A DNA stretch of 64,000 bases from Chloroflexus sp. (GTDB lineage Bacteria; Chloroflexota; Chloroflexia; Chloroflexales; Chloroflexaceae): positions 12,754-76,753 of the forward strand of contig JAINCM010000035.1 in NCBI GenBank assembly GCA_036574065.1. The letters run 5' to 3'. Below, in pieces: positions 9,377 through 19,153 of the stretch. Numbering within the stretch: position 1 is the first letter of the stretch; every line of letters begins with the position of its first letter. Under the pieces are notes generated by a model that worked only from the letters and a program-made list of their open reading frames with translations, ran no database searches and was not told the origin of the DNA. The position numbers and the translations under genes are program-made.

Positions 9377-10243
9377 CTAAGACCAGTATCGGCCTGCAAT
9401 CGGCGCCAACCGCTCTTTGACCGCTGGTGAAATAGCATCAGGATGAGTTACGATGGCGTAACGTAGCGCATCATGGGCGGGACTAGTAAAATTCTCGTCG
9501 ATCTGAGCGACCGCGAGGCGTACAATTTGTTGCGCAAGAGCAACATTGGCGCTCAGCACCTTTATCACCTGCTCTGCCGTCACTGCATCGTGTTCAGGGT
9601 GCCAGACGTCATAATCAGTGACCATTGCCAGCGTCGCATAGGCAATCTCAGCCTCACGGGCCAGCTTGGCTTCGGGCAGCGCCGTCATACCGATCAAGCT
9701 ATGACCACGCCGGCGATTTTCCTCGCTCTCGGCCTTGGTTGAAAACTGCGGCCCCTCCATTACCACTAGCGTCCCACCTTGGTGCACGACTGCACCTGCC
9801 GCCTGGGCCGCACGAAACAGAATGTTGCTCAGATGAGGGCAGAAAGGACGATCGAAGGCTACGTGCGCAACAATGCCATCTTCAAAGAAAGTCGCTGGAC
9901 GAATGCCTTTGGTACGATCAAAAATCTGATCAGGGATCACTGCATGACCAGGGGCGTAGTCCTCACGCAGTGAACCTACTGCGCTGACTGAGATCAATGC
10001 CCGCACACCTAACAGCTTAAAAGCGTAAATATTCGCGCGCGCCGGGACTTCACTTGGATTGAGGCGATGCCCACGACCGTGACGGGGGAGAAACGCCACC
10101 CGCCGACCTTCCAATTCACCAATAATGAAAGCATCGCTCGGATCACCAAATGGTGTTGTCAGGCGTACCTCTTCCGGGTTCTTCAGATCTGGCATGGCAT
10201 AGAGGCCGCTGCCACCGATCACTCCGATCATTGCGCTGCTCAT
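9377..10243 (-). CDS. mtnP: S-methyl-5'-thioadenosine phosphorylase
   Basis: IGVIGGSG, FLPRHG, MEGPQFSTKAES, GMTALPEAKLAREAE, VTDYD. Confidence 0.93.
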   Translation of the reverse strand: MSSAMIGVIGGSGLYAMPDLKNPEEVRLTTPFGDPSDAFIIGELEGRRVAFLPRHGRGHRLNPSEVPARANIYAFKLLGVRALISVSAVGSLREDYAPGHAVIPDQIFDRTKGIRPATFFEDGIVAHVAFDRPFCPHLSNILFRAAQAAGAVVHQGGTLVVMEGPQFSTKAESEENRRRGHSLIGMTALPEAKLAREAEIAYATLAMVTDYDVWHPEHDAVTAEQVIKVLSANVALAQQIVRLAVAQIDENFTSPAHDALRYAIVTHPDAISPAVKERLAPIAGRYWS

Positions 10244-10515
10244 AGCTCAAGCTCCTTGATACCGAAGACTACGCCGATATGCAGTATACCGTATCCTGGC
10301 GCAGATAGGCAAAAGGCACCGTCACCTGGGCCTGTACGACATCTTTGTGAGATACCATTTTCCCACGCGATGAGCCATCACTCGTCCCCACATTTGCCAG
10401 TGGGCAAGTGGCTAGACATGTGGCGCCAGAGAGCGGTACATTGGTACATACACCCCACCAGGCAATCGGATCATTGAGCAGCATTCGGCGCAATCATAAG
10501 CTTTCACTCTACTCC

Positions 10516-10524
10516 TGGTATAAT
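10516..10524 (+). promoter_or_regulatory. Extended -10 promoter (TGgTATAAT) for the BTAD regulator
   Basis: TG-N-TATAAT 39 nt upstream of ATG 10564. Confidence 0.6.
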
Positions 10525-10563
10525 ATTCTCGCATCTCAGAATGTTCAGAATGATCACACCCTT

Positions 10564-13500
10564 ATGTCAAGCGGAGAGACAGTGTTGTTGCAGGCTAAAG
10601 TCACGCCGCCGCGACCGCACCGTTACCGACTGGTGCGCCCAGCCCTGACCGCGCGTTTGCGTGAAGCGTTTGACTATCGGGTGACGCTGGTGCAAGCAGG
10701 CGCTGGCTACGGTAAAACCACGGCGCTGGCTGAGCTGGCGGCAAGTGCAGCAGTAGTCTGCTGGTATACGATCGGCGAGAACGATCGTGATCCGGTCACT
10801 TTTCTGACCTATTTGACCGCGGCCTGTGCACCAGCCTTGCCACACGGTGCACCAGAGGCGCTGGCCGCATTGCATGCCAGCCCGGCTGACCGCTCGGCTT
10901 GGACCACGGCCCTCGACGCGTTACTCAATGCGCTGACCAGCGCGCCACCGCGTCCTACCTTGCTCATCCTCGACGACTATCACTTTGTGACGGCTTCTGC
11001 CGAGATTCGCGCCTTGACCGAGCGCCTCATTACCTACGCGCCACAATGGTTGAGTCTCCTGATTGCCACCCGTTACCCGATTATCAGTGGGGAATTGGTG
11101 CGATGGCGCGCCCGCGGCGAGGTATTGGAATTGCAACGCGAGGCTCTGGCCTTCACCCGCGATGAAATTGCCGCACTCTTCGCTGATGTCTTTGGGATGC
11201 CGCTCAGCGCTGCTGATGTCGATTTACTGAGTCACCATACTGAAGGCTGGCCGATTGCACTCCAACTGGTTTGGCAGGGATTGCGGGGCGGGCAGGCGCG
11301 AAGCGTGGCCGAATTGTTAACTGCCGGCCCGGCATCGCTGTCGGCGCTGTTTGATTTCCTCGCTTCTGATGTCCTCGATCGTCAGCCCACTGACATTGCT
11401 AGCTTTCTGCGCGCGACTGCACCGCTGCGCGTGCTAACAGCTGCCGCCTGCGACGCTGTGCGCCAAGCTACCGATAGCGCCGATCTGCTCGCTCAGATCC
11501 GCGATCGCGATCTCTTCCTCGTGGAGTTGGATGCTCATCACTACCGCTATCACCATCTCTTTCACGACTTCCTGCGGCAGCAGACCCGTCACGATCCCGA
11601 CTTGTTAGTGCGACACCGACGCGCTGCCCAGCATTACGCAGCCATTGGTGCCACCGCCGAGGCGATCTACCACTGGTTTGCTGCTGGTGATATGGCAACC
11701 GCTGCTGATGCGATTATCACTGCCGGTGAAGAGGCGCTGCGTAACGGTCGCCTAGATACGCTGGCGAATTGGATTGACACGTTGCCCGCTGAATTGATCG
11801 CGGCACGTCCGCGCCTGCAATGCTATCTGGGCGATCTCTATCGCCTGCGTGCCCGTTTCGATGAGGCGCGGAACTGGTATGCCCAGGCTGAAATGACCAG
11901 CCGACAACGTAGTGATCGCGCCGAGCTAGCGCGCGCACTCTACGGGCAGGCGCTTGTGTACATTGATCAGGTGCAACCAGTTCAGGCGGAAAGTGTCTTG
12001 CAAGAGGCACTGCGTGTCAGCGAAGGGTTGGATGATCAGGTTGCGCGCGCGCGGGTACTTGAGCTGTTGGCTGAAAATAAGCTCAATATGGGTCAACCAG
12101 CCGAGGCAGAGGCGTTACAGCAACAGGCACGCCAGTTGCGCGCTGCTAGCCCCGCTGCCGATTTGCTCAGCGCGCGGGTGAAGTTACGCACTGGTCAATT
12201 AGCGACTGCACGAGCCTTGCTACAGGCCTGGCGTGATCAGGAACGATTGGCGACGGCACGCGGTGCAACGCCAGCGCCGCGCGGTCACCGTGAAGCTGTC
12301 CTGGTGCTGGCGTTGATCGCCGCTTTTGAAGGCGAAGCCGATCAGGCATTATCGTTCGCCACCGAAGGGGTGCAGGTTGGTGCCGAGCGGCATTCGCAAT
12401 TTATTACCTCGGTAGCGTATGCCCGCCTTGGTCACGCCTGGCTGCTCAAGAGTGCGACAGAAGGGCCATCGGCTCGCCATTGCGCGCTCGAGTATTACCG
12501 TAAGGCCTTGGCTGAAGGGCAAGCCCTCGGTGTCGATCGCTTGCGGGTGGAACCGCTCTGGGGCCTGACTCGTCTCTACGGACTAGCTGGCGACATAGCT
12601 GCTGCTGAGAGTGCCGCTACCGATGGTCAGGATTTCTGCCGGTGGGCCGGCGATCTCTGGTTGGGAGCGATGATCCAGTTGCAGCGCGGCGTCAGTCATC
12701 TACTTGCGGGGCAGTACGGACGGGCGCAAGAATTATTGCAGGCGGCCCGCGCCGATCTGCGCGCTTGTAGCGATCGCTTTGGGCAAGCGGTCGCCGCCGT
12801 GTGGTTGGCTCTCTGCTATCACGAGCAACGCCAAGAAGCAGCCGCAATAACAGCCATCAGCGAAGCATTGGAATTGAGCGCCGCTCACGGGTACGACTAT
12901 CTTTTCACCCGTCCTACCTTCCTTGGTCTACCTGATCCACGTCGTGCGCTGCCGATACTGCTGGCAGCACGTGCGCGCAATTTACATCGCGACTATATCG
13001 AACGATTGTTCATCACGCTCGGTCTACCGGGTCTGGAGGCCCATCCGGGCTATCAATTACGCGTGCAGACTTTAGGCGCATTTCGGGTCTGGCGCGGCGA
13101 CCACGAGCTGGAAGCCCGAGAATGGCAGCGTGACAAGGCCCGACAGCTTTTCCAGGCGCTCATTGCTCACCGCGGACGCTGGCTTCAGCGCGACGAGCTG
13201 GCCGAGATGCTCTGGCCGCAACTTAGTCCGGATGCGGCCATTCGCGATTTCAAAGTTGCACTGAGTGCGCTCTACCGCGCGCTCGAACCGAGCCGCGTCG
13301 AAACGATCTCTTCATTTATTGCACGTGATGGCAGTGCCTATCGGCTGCGTTCCAATGCTGATATCTGGCTCGATTGCGCCGAATTTCAGGCAGGTTGCGT
13401 AACCGGTCTGCGGCTGATCGATCAAGGTCAAATTGAAGCCGGTATGCGCCAATTGCAGGCCGCTTTACAACTCTATCAGGGTGACTTCTTACCCGACGCG

Positions 13501-13845
13501 CTCTACGAGAGCTGGGCAGCAGCTGAACGCGATCGATTGCGTAATACCTTTTTGCGCAGCGCTGATCGGTTGGCACAGTTGTACGCCGAGCAGCAGCGCG
13601 ATGAGGAGTTGATCGCGTTGTCAGAGCAGATACTTGCCTGTGACAATTGCTGGGAGCGTGCTTACCGCTTTTTGATGCTAGCCTATGCCCGGCAAGGTAA
13701 CCGGGCTGCTGCGTTGCGGGTATTTCAACGCTGCGTCGACAATCTGGCCCGCGAACTCGACGTTGAACCGGCCCCTGCTACGTTCGCTTTTGCGGAACAT
13801 TTGCGCCACGGTGACTCATCGCTACCCGCTGTTACCGATTTGTAA
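10564..13845 (+). CDS. Large MalT-like STAND transcriptional regulator: N-terminal AAA+ NTPase, TPR-like helices, C-terminal winged HTH plus BTAD
   Basis: LQAKVTPP..RPALTARL, GAGYGKT, LILDDYH, TEGWPIAL, then VQTLGAFRVWRG, LYQGDFL and WERAYRFLMLAY. Confidence 0.88.
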   Translation: MSSGETVLLQAKVTPPRPHRYRLVRPALTARLREAFDYRVTLVQAGAGYGKTTALAELAASAAVVCWYTIGENDRDPVTFLTYLTAACAPALPHGAPEALAALHASPADRSAWTTALDALLNALTSAPPRPTLLILDDYHFVTASAEIRALTERLITYAPQWLSLLIATRYPIISGELVRWRARGEVLELQREALAFTRDEIAALFADVFGMPLSAADVDLLSHHTEGWPIALQLVWQGLRGGQARSVAELLTAGPASLSALFDFLASDVLDRQPTDIASFLRATAPLRVLTAAACDAVRQATDSADLLAQIRDRDLFLVELDAHHYRYHHLFHDFLRQQTRHDPDLLVRHRRAAQHYAAIGATAEAIYHWFAAGDMATAADAIITAGEEALRNGRLDTLANWIDTLPAELIAARPRLQCYLGDLYRLRARFDEARNWYAQAEMTSRQRSDRAELARALYGQALVYIDQVQPVQAESVLQEALRVSEGLDDQVARARVLELLAENKLNMGQPAEAEALQQQARQLRAASPAADLLSARVKLRTGQLATARALLQAWRDQERLATARGATPAPRGHREAVLVLALIAAFEGEADQALSFATEGVQVGAERHSQFITSVAYARLGHAWLLKSATEGPSARHCALEYYRKALAEGQALGVDRLRVEPLWGLTRLYGLAGDIAAAESAATDGQDFCRWAGDLWLGAMIQLQRGVSHLLAGQYGRAQELLQAARADLRACSDRFGQAVAAVWLALCYHEQRQEAAAITAISEALELSAAHGYDYLFTRPTFLGLPDPRRALPILLAARARNLHRDYIERLFITLGLPGLEAHPGYQLRVQTLGAFRVWRGDHELEAREWQRDKARQLFQALIAHRGRWLQRDELAEMLWPQLSPDAAIRDFKVALSALYRALEPSRVETISSFIARDGSAYRLRSNADIWLDCAEFQAGCVTGLRLIDQGQIEAGMRQLQAALQLYQGDFLPDALYESWAAAERDRLRNTFLRSADRLAQLYAEQQRDEELIALSEQILACDNCWERAYRFLMLAYARQGNRAAALRVFQRCVDNLARELDVEPAPATFAFAEHLRHGDSSLPAVTDL

Positions 13846-13950
13846 CTGCTGCGCAACCTGCATCTGCTACCCTCGGCAGCAAATCCCCGGCTACAAGCTG
13901 CGCATTTGCGCATATCGCGGCGGAGACGCCGCACACAACGCATGGAAGCG

Positions 13951-15480
13951 ATGTACCTTGGCGATTGGCTCGGCCGACGAGCACAACTGTCACCGCATAA
14001 GGTGGCGTTGTTCGATGCCCAACACGGGATGCGCCCGATCACCTACGGCGAATGGAATGCGAACGTGAGTCGGACTGCCCATCTGCTCCGCTCGTTGGGG
14101 ATCGAGCGTGGCGACCGCGTAGCTACTCTAGCCCAAAATTGTGTCGATCTCCTCGATATCTGGTTCGCTTGTGCTAAACTTGGCGCAATTCTACAACCGC
14201 TCAACTGGCGTCTAACCGCCGTTGAATTGAGCAACCTGATCGCCGATGGTGAGCCCAAGGTATTGGCCTACGGGCCTGAATACGCTGCGCTGACCTTGAC
14301 CCTACGTAGTCAGGTACCAACCGTAGCCCATTGGCTGGCGATTGACAATACGCCGCCTGCTATTGCCGGCGATCCGGTGATGGCTCAACGCGACCCACTG
14401 CCTACCGAATTTACGCCAGTTGCGCTGCATTGGGATGATCCCTGGGTGATCTGCTATACCGGTGGCAGCACTGGCCTCCCGAAAGGCGCAATCCTCACCT
14501 ATCGTAGTATCACCGCTAACGCCGTCAATACGGTGATGAGCTGGGGGTTGCGTCCTGACGATGTCGCCATTCTCAATGCGCCGCTCTTTCACACTGGTGG
14601 GATGAACGTCTTTACCGCGCCGCTGGTACAAATCGGTGGTGCTTCTATTGTCTGTCGCAGCTTCAATGTCGATCAGGTTTTCGATCTGATTAACCATGGC
14701 CCGGCCACACTGTTCTTCGGCGTACCGACGATGTTCATCGCGATGCAGCAGCATCCACGCTGGCCTACGATCGATTTTAGCCGGATGCGCATCGTGATTA
14801 GCGGCGGGGCCCCTTGTCCTGAACCGGTATTTCACGCCTTTTGGGAGCGCGGTATCGATTTCAAGACTGGCTACGGGCTTACCGAAGCTGGCCCCAACAC
14901 ATTCTGGCTGCCACCAGAGCTAGTGCGCGTCAAACCGGGCGCAGTTGGCTACCCTCTAATGTTCATCGATCTGCGCGTAGTAGCTGCTGACGGTCATCTT
15001 TGCGGCCCAGATGAAATCGGTGAGTTACACATTCGCGGCCCCCATGTCTGTGCAGGCTACTGGCGGCGCCCAGAGGAAACAGCGGCTACGTTTGTCGATG
15101 GCTGGCTGCGTACTGGCGATCTCGCCTGTTTTGACGCCGATGGTTGCTATCGTATTGTGGGGCGGTTGAAAGATGTGATTATCTCGGGCGGCGAAAACAT
15201 CTATCCCGCTGAAGTTGAGAGCGTGCTGGCGGGCTATCCAGCGATCGCCGAAGTGGCCCTAGTTGGTATGCCAGACCCGCACTGGGGTGAAGTTGGTTGG
15301 GCGGCGGTGGTGGTACGTCCTGGCAGCACGTTTTCAGAACCAGACCTGCTCGCCTTTGCCGGGACGCGTTTGGCGCGCTATAAGCTGCCAAAACGGATCG
15401 TCGTCCTTCCCGAACTTCCCAAGACCGCAGCCGGCAAGATCGACAAACGGGCACTCAAGCAAATGTTTCAGCAAGCGTAA
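13951..15480 (+). CDS. Acyl-CoA synthetase / AMP-binding ligase (FadD/MenE-like)
   Basis: YTGGSTGLPKG, GYGLTEAG, WLRTGDL, IISGGENIYPAEVE, PKTAAGKIDK. Start may be 13942. Confidence 0.92.
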   Translation: MYLGDWLGRRAQLSPHKVALFDAQHGMRPITYGEWNANVSRTAHLLRSLGIERGDRVATLAQNCVDLLDIWFACAKLGAILQPLNWRLTAVELSNLIADGEPKVLAYGPEYAALTLTLRSQVPTVAHWLAIDNTPPAIAGDPVMAQRDPLPTEFTPVALHWDDPWVICYTGGSTGLPKGAILTYRSITANAVNTVMSWGLRPDDVAILNAPLFHTGGMNVFTAPLVQIGGASIVCRSFNVDQVFDLINHGPATLFFGVPTMFIAMQQHPRWPTIDFSRMRIVISGGAPCPEPVFHAFWERGIDFKTGYGLTEAGPNTFWLPPELVRVKPGAVGYPLMFIDLRVVAADGHLCGPDEIGELHIRGPHVCAGYWRRPEETAATFVDGWLRTGDLACFDADGCYRIVGRLKDVIISGGENIYPAEVESVLAGYPAIAEVALVGMPDPHWGEVGWAAVVVRPGSTFSEPDLLAFAGTRLARYKLPKRIVVLPELPKTAAGKIDKRALKQMFQQA

Positions 15481-15554
15481 CTAGTTGCAGCCAGCCGTTC
15501 ATCCGCACCCAGACGCGCTAGCTGCACCGTGAATTCACGACTGGAGTAGGCAAG

Positions 15555-16625
15555 ATGAGTAATATCCCGACTCTGCCTGGTATCACCTCGACGATGGTAA
15601 CAACGTCGCGGTTACAAATGCATGTTCTCAGCTGCGGTCCGGCCGATGGTACACCGGTACTCTTCATTCATGGCAATGCCTCGTCAGCCACCTTTTGGGA
15701 AGAGACCATGCTGGCGCTACCGGCGGGCTTTCGGGCCATCGCGCCCGATCTGCGTGGCTACGGCGCAACAGAAGATCTGCTGATTGATGCGACGCGTGGC
15801 TGCGGCGATTGGGTAGATGACCTGTTAGCGTTGCTCGATACACTCGGTATTGACCGTTGCCACGCGGCCGGCCACTCACTCGGCGGCATCGTGCTCTTCA
15901 ATCTCATTGCTGCCGCGCCACAGCGGATTATCAGCGCAACCCTGGTCGCTACCGGTTCACCCTACGGTTTTGGCGGTTGTAAAGGCTTAAATGGTGAACT
16001 TTGCTGGGCAGACGGCGCCGGATCGGGTGGTGGCACCGTCAATCAGGCCTTTGTTGAGCGCATGGCAGCAGGTGATACCACTGAAGAGGCCGGGCCTGCT
16101 GCACCACGGGTGGTAATGAATACCTACTATTGGAAACCGCCCTTCCGTCCGGCCCGTGAAGACACGTTACTCGCTGCAATGCTCAGCGAGAAGGTCGGAC
16201 CACAGCGCTACCCAGGCGATTTCAAGATCTCACCGAACTGGCCAGGTGTTGCGCCAGGCGTTTGGGGACCGATCAATGCCATCTCACCACGCTATGTAGG
16301 CGACTCAGTGAACCGCTTCATCAACGCCCAACCCAAACCGCCAATCCTCTGGGTCCGCGGCGCCGATGACCAAATTGTGAGTGATAGGTCGCTCTTTGAT
16401 GTCGGTACGCTTGGTCAACTCGGCGTTTTGCCCGACTGGCCCGGTGCAGAGGTATATCCCCCGCAGCCAATGGTGAGTCAGACACGTGCCGTGCTTGAAT
16501 ACTACGCCGCCAATGGCGGTCAATTCCGCGAAGTGGTATTCGAGAATTGCGGTCATACGCCGTACCTTGAACATCCGGCGCAGTTCAACGAGGTATTTCA
16601 CGCCCATCTGCAAACTGTTGTGTAG
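15555..16625 (+). CDS. Alpha/beta hydrolase with a large cap insertion
   Basis: FIHGN, APDLRGYG, GHSLGG nucleophile elbow, NCGHTPYLE. Confidence 0.88.
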   Translation: MSNIPTLPGITSTMVTTSRLQMHVLSCGPADGTPVLFIHGNASSATFWEETMLALPAGFRAIAPDLRGYGATEDLLIDATRGCGDWVDDLLALLDTLGIDRCHAAGHSLGGIVLFNLIAAAPQRIISATLVATGSPYGFGGCKGLNGELCWADGAGSGGGTVNQAFVERMAAGDTTEEAGPAAPRVVMNTYYWKPPFRPAREDTLLAAMLSEKVGPQRYPGDFKISPNWPGVAPGVWGPINAISPRYVGDSVNRFINAQPKPPILWVRGADDQIVSDRSLFDVGTLGQLGVLPDWPGAEVYPPQPMVSQTRAVLEYYAANGGQFREVVFENCGHTPYLEHPAQFNEVFHAHLQTVV

Positions 16626-16657
16626 CCTGCACCTAGATAGAGCGAAAAGGAGGGCAT

Positions 16658-17425
16658 ATGCCCACCGTTCAGGCTGGCGATCTTACTGTCCACTATCTTG
16701 ATTATGGGCAAGGTGAACCTATCATCTTCGTACATGGTAACTGGGCCAGCTGTGGCTGGTGGTTACGTGTCATCGAACGACTACCTACTGGCTACCGCGG
16801 TCTAGCACCCGATCTGCGCGGACGCGGTGCAACTCAGGGCCCAGACCACGACTACCGGATGTCATCGATGGCAGCAGATCTCTGGCGGTTCGCCGACGCA
16901 CTCGAGCTCCAACGCTGCCATTTGGTCGGGCATTCCCTAGGAGCAGCGATTGTCTTACAGGCTGCGCTTGAACAGCCTGAACGAGTGGCGACCATTGCAG
17001 TGCTGGCGCCACCGTGGGTCGATGGTATGCCCGACGAGGTCTATCAGCCCGAGCGACAGCAGTTACTGAAAGACAACCCCGAATTTTTTGCGCAGGCGAT
17101 CAAAGCCATGGCGCCAACTGCACCCGACGATGATCTTTGGCGCGAACTGGTTGCCATTGGGCACAGTCAACGTCTGAGCGCCGCTAATGGCGCTATCAAC
17201 GCACTGCGCGAGTGGAAACCAGGTGATCAATTGCGTACCATCGGCGTGCCCGCGTTGGTAATAGGGGGAGAACTTGATCCATTGGTAACCACCGCGACAG
17301 TCAAACGGGCCGCTGCAGCCCTCGGTGTAGAACCACACATTATCCCGGGTGTGGGTCATTCGGCTAATCTCGAAGCGCCTGATCAACTGCTGGCCCTGCT
17401 GGTGCCGCATTGGCGCAGGCAATAA
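16658..17425 (+). CDS. Alpha/beta hydrolase
   Basis: FVHGN, APDLRGRG, GHSLG, GVGHSANLE. AAGGAGG RBS. Confidence 0.88.
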   Translation: MPTVQAGDLTVHYLDYGQGEPIIFVHGNWASCGWWLRVIERLPTGYRGLAPDLRGRGATQGPDHDYRMSSMAADLWRFADALELQRCHLVGHSLGAAIVLQAALEQPERVATIAVLAPPWVDGMPDEVYQPERQQLLKDNPEFFAQAIKAMAPTAPDDDLWRELVAIGHSQRLSAANGAINALREWKPGDQLRTIGVPALVIGGELDPLVTTATVKRAAAALGVEPHIIPGVGHSANLEAPDQLLALLVPHWRRQ

Positions 17426-17555
17426 AACGGTGACGAGCGATGCGTTGGTAAGGAACGCGCCACAGTGAATATATCAGCAGCATGCCGAAGCTGGCGCTCG
17501 AGGCTGGGCGGTGCGGCGGGGCTAATCACGCCGCTCTGCAGTGAGGAAACACGAT

Positions 17556-17948
17556 ATGTCAACAGTTTCAAGTGGCACACGATACACTCAGAAGCGTCTC
17601 ATTACTCAATCTGACATCGATCGCTTTGCAGCGGTAAGCGGCGACACGAATCCGATCCATATTGATCCGGTGGCCGCAGCGGCTACCCGGTTTGGGCGCA
17701 CAATCGCGCACGGCATGCTGCTCTACGGTTACATGCGAGCGGCGCTGCGCGCACTCATCCCAACTGGCGTCCAGCGCACTCAGCAACTCAGCTTTACCAA
17801 CCCAGTCTTTGCCGGCGAAGAGATCGAGATCAGCGTTGAGGTGTTAGACGGCAGCAACGATCAGTGCCGTTGCGCGGTCAAGGTGACTCGCAGCGATGGC
17901 AAAGTAGCTTGCAGCGGCGAAACGGTGTTAGAGATCAGGTATGCATAA
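17556..17948 (+). CDS. MaoC/PhaJ-like (R)-enoyl-CoA hydratase, hotdog fold
   Basis: FAAVSGDTNPIH (catalytic D-x4-H) and IAHGML. Confidence 0.88.
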   Translation: MSTVSSGTRYTQKRLITQSDIDRFAAVSGDTNPIHIDPVAAAATRFGRTIAHGMLLYGYMRAALRALIPTGVQRTQQLSFTNPVFAGEEIEISVEVLDGSNDQCRCAVKVTRSDGKVACSGETVLEIRYA

Positions 17949-18729
17949 CCCCGTCACAATCCAGCCTGATGGCCCCATCGTCACATTAACTCTCAATCAG
18001 CCAGAGCGGGACAACATCCTGACGCCAGAACTGCTGGTAGCGCTGCTCACCGCACTTGCCATTACCCGCCAGCACCATGGTCTGCGCGCCGTCGTCTTGC
18101 AAGCTGCTGGCCAGTCGTTCTCACGCGGGAGCGATATCGCTGCGCTGGCCAGCCAAACGGACCGCGCAGTTTATGCTGGCCAACTCCTCGACCTATTGCA
18201 CCGCGTCATTCTAGACATCATCGATCTGCCAGCGCCGCTCATCGTCGCTGTTCAGGGGCCAGTGAACGGCAGTGCGTTAGGGTTAGTGCTGGTAGCGGAT
18301 ATGGTGCTGGTAACACCAGACGCCACCTTTACCGCCTATACTACCACGCTCGGCCTGGGGCCGGAAGGCGGCTGGGCCACACTCTTGCCGCGGTTAATTG
18401 GTCAGCGGCGTGCAACCGAAACGTTGCTACTCGAACGCACGATCAGCGCCGAAGAGGCCGTAATGTGGGGGTTAGCCAATCGAATTATTCCGGCCAGTCA
18501 CCTGGCTGAGGAAGCGCAAGCAATTGCCCATCAGATTGCAGCCCAATTTCCCGGCAGTATCGCTTGCGCTCGTCGACAGCTCTGGAACGAACGCGAGCAG
18601 CTGGTCGCAGCCCTGCAGCGCGAACGCGAGGCATTTTGTGCGCAGATCCGATCGATAGAAGCTGAGATTGGCCTCAAAGCATTTCTCGATCGGCAACGGG
18701 CACGTAACCATATGGAGGCAGAACCGTGA
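17941..18729 (+). CDS. Crotonase-family enoyl-CoA hydratase/isomerase
   Basis: TLTLNQPERDN, AVQGPVNGSALG, LPRLIGQRRATE. Overlaps both neighbours. Confidence 0.85.
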   Translation: MHNPVTIQPDGPIVTLTLNQPERDNILTPELLVALLTALAITRQHHGLRAVVLQAAGQSFSRGSDIAALASQTDRAVYAGQLLDLLHRVILDIIDLPAPLIVAVQGPVNGSALGLVLVADMVLVTPDATFTAYTTTLGLGPEGGWATLLPRLIGQRRATETLLLERTISAEEAVMWGLANRIIPASHLAEEAQAIAHQIAAQFPGSIACARRQLWNEREQLVAALQREREAFCAQIRSIEAEIGLKAFLDRQRARNHMEAEP

Positions 18730-19079
18730 AACAACTTGCCGTTGGTATGCAGGCGACGACGCAGCGGGTATTCGACCACCAGTTGATCGCTGCCTATGCT
18801 GAACTTTGCGGCGATCAGCCGGGTGAGACTGTACCTGAACCACTAATCGGCGCCCTTTTTTCCTACCTGCTGGGCGTGGAATTGCCGGGCGCTGGTTCCG
18901 TCTATCTCAAACAAGATCTCACATTTTCTGCTCCGGCTCGGGTTGGTGAACTCCTAACTGCGACCGTAACAATTACCCATATCCGCACTGACAAGCCGTT
19001 GGTAACGATCCACACCCGCTGCGTCGGCGCTGATGATCGCGTTATTGCCGATGGCGAAGCGCTGGTGATGACACCGTAG
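18726..19079 (+). CDS. MaoC-like hotdog protein lacking the catalytic His
   Basis: YAELCGDQ with the NPIH segment missing, LPGAGSVYLKQDLTF, IADGEALV. GTGA overlap with the upstream stop. Confidence 0.78.
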   Translation: MKQLAVGMQATTQRVFDHQLIAAYAELCGDQPGETVPEPLIGALFSYLLGVELPGAGSVYLKQDLTFSAPARVGELLTATVTITHIRTDKPLVTIHTRCVGADDRVIADGEALVMTP

Positions 19080-19153
19080 TGATACCTTAGCCAAATCGTT
19101 CGGGTTTGCGCCCGCTGGAACGAAGAAGAAGTTTAGTCAGAGGAGACCGTTCG

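Noticed and set aside
10408-10563. N-terminal extensions given by the ORF track (also at 2304, 19106, 20546, 22187, 29667, 33996, 39034, 61311)
   Set aside because: Downstream starts have SD motifs or promoters and match where the family sequence begins. The extensions overlap promoter or intergenic DNA.
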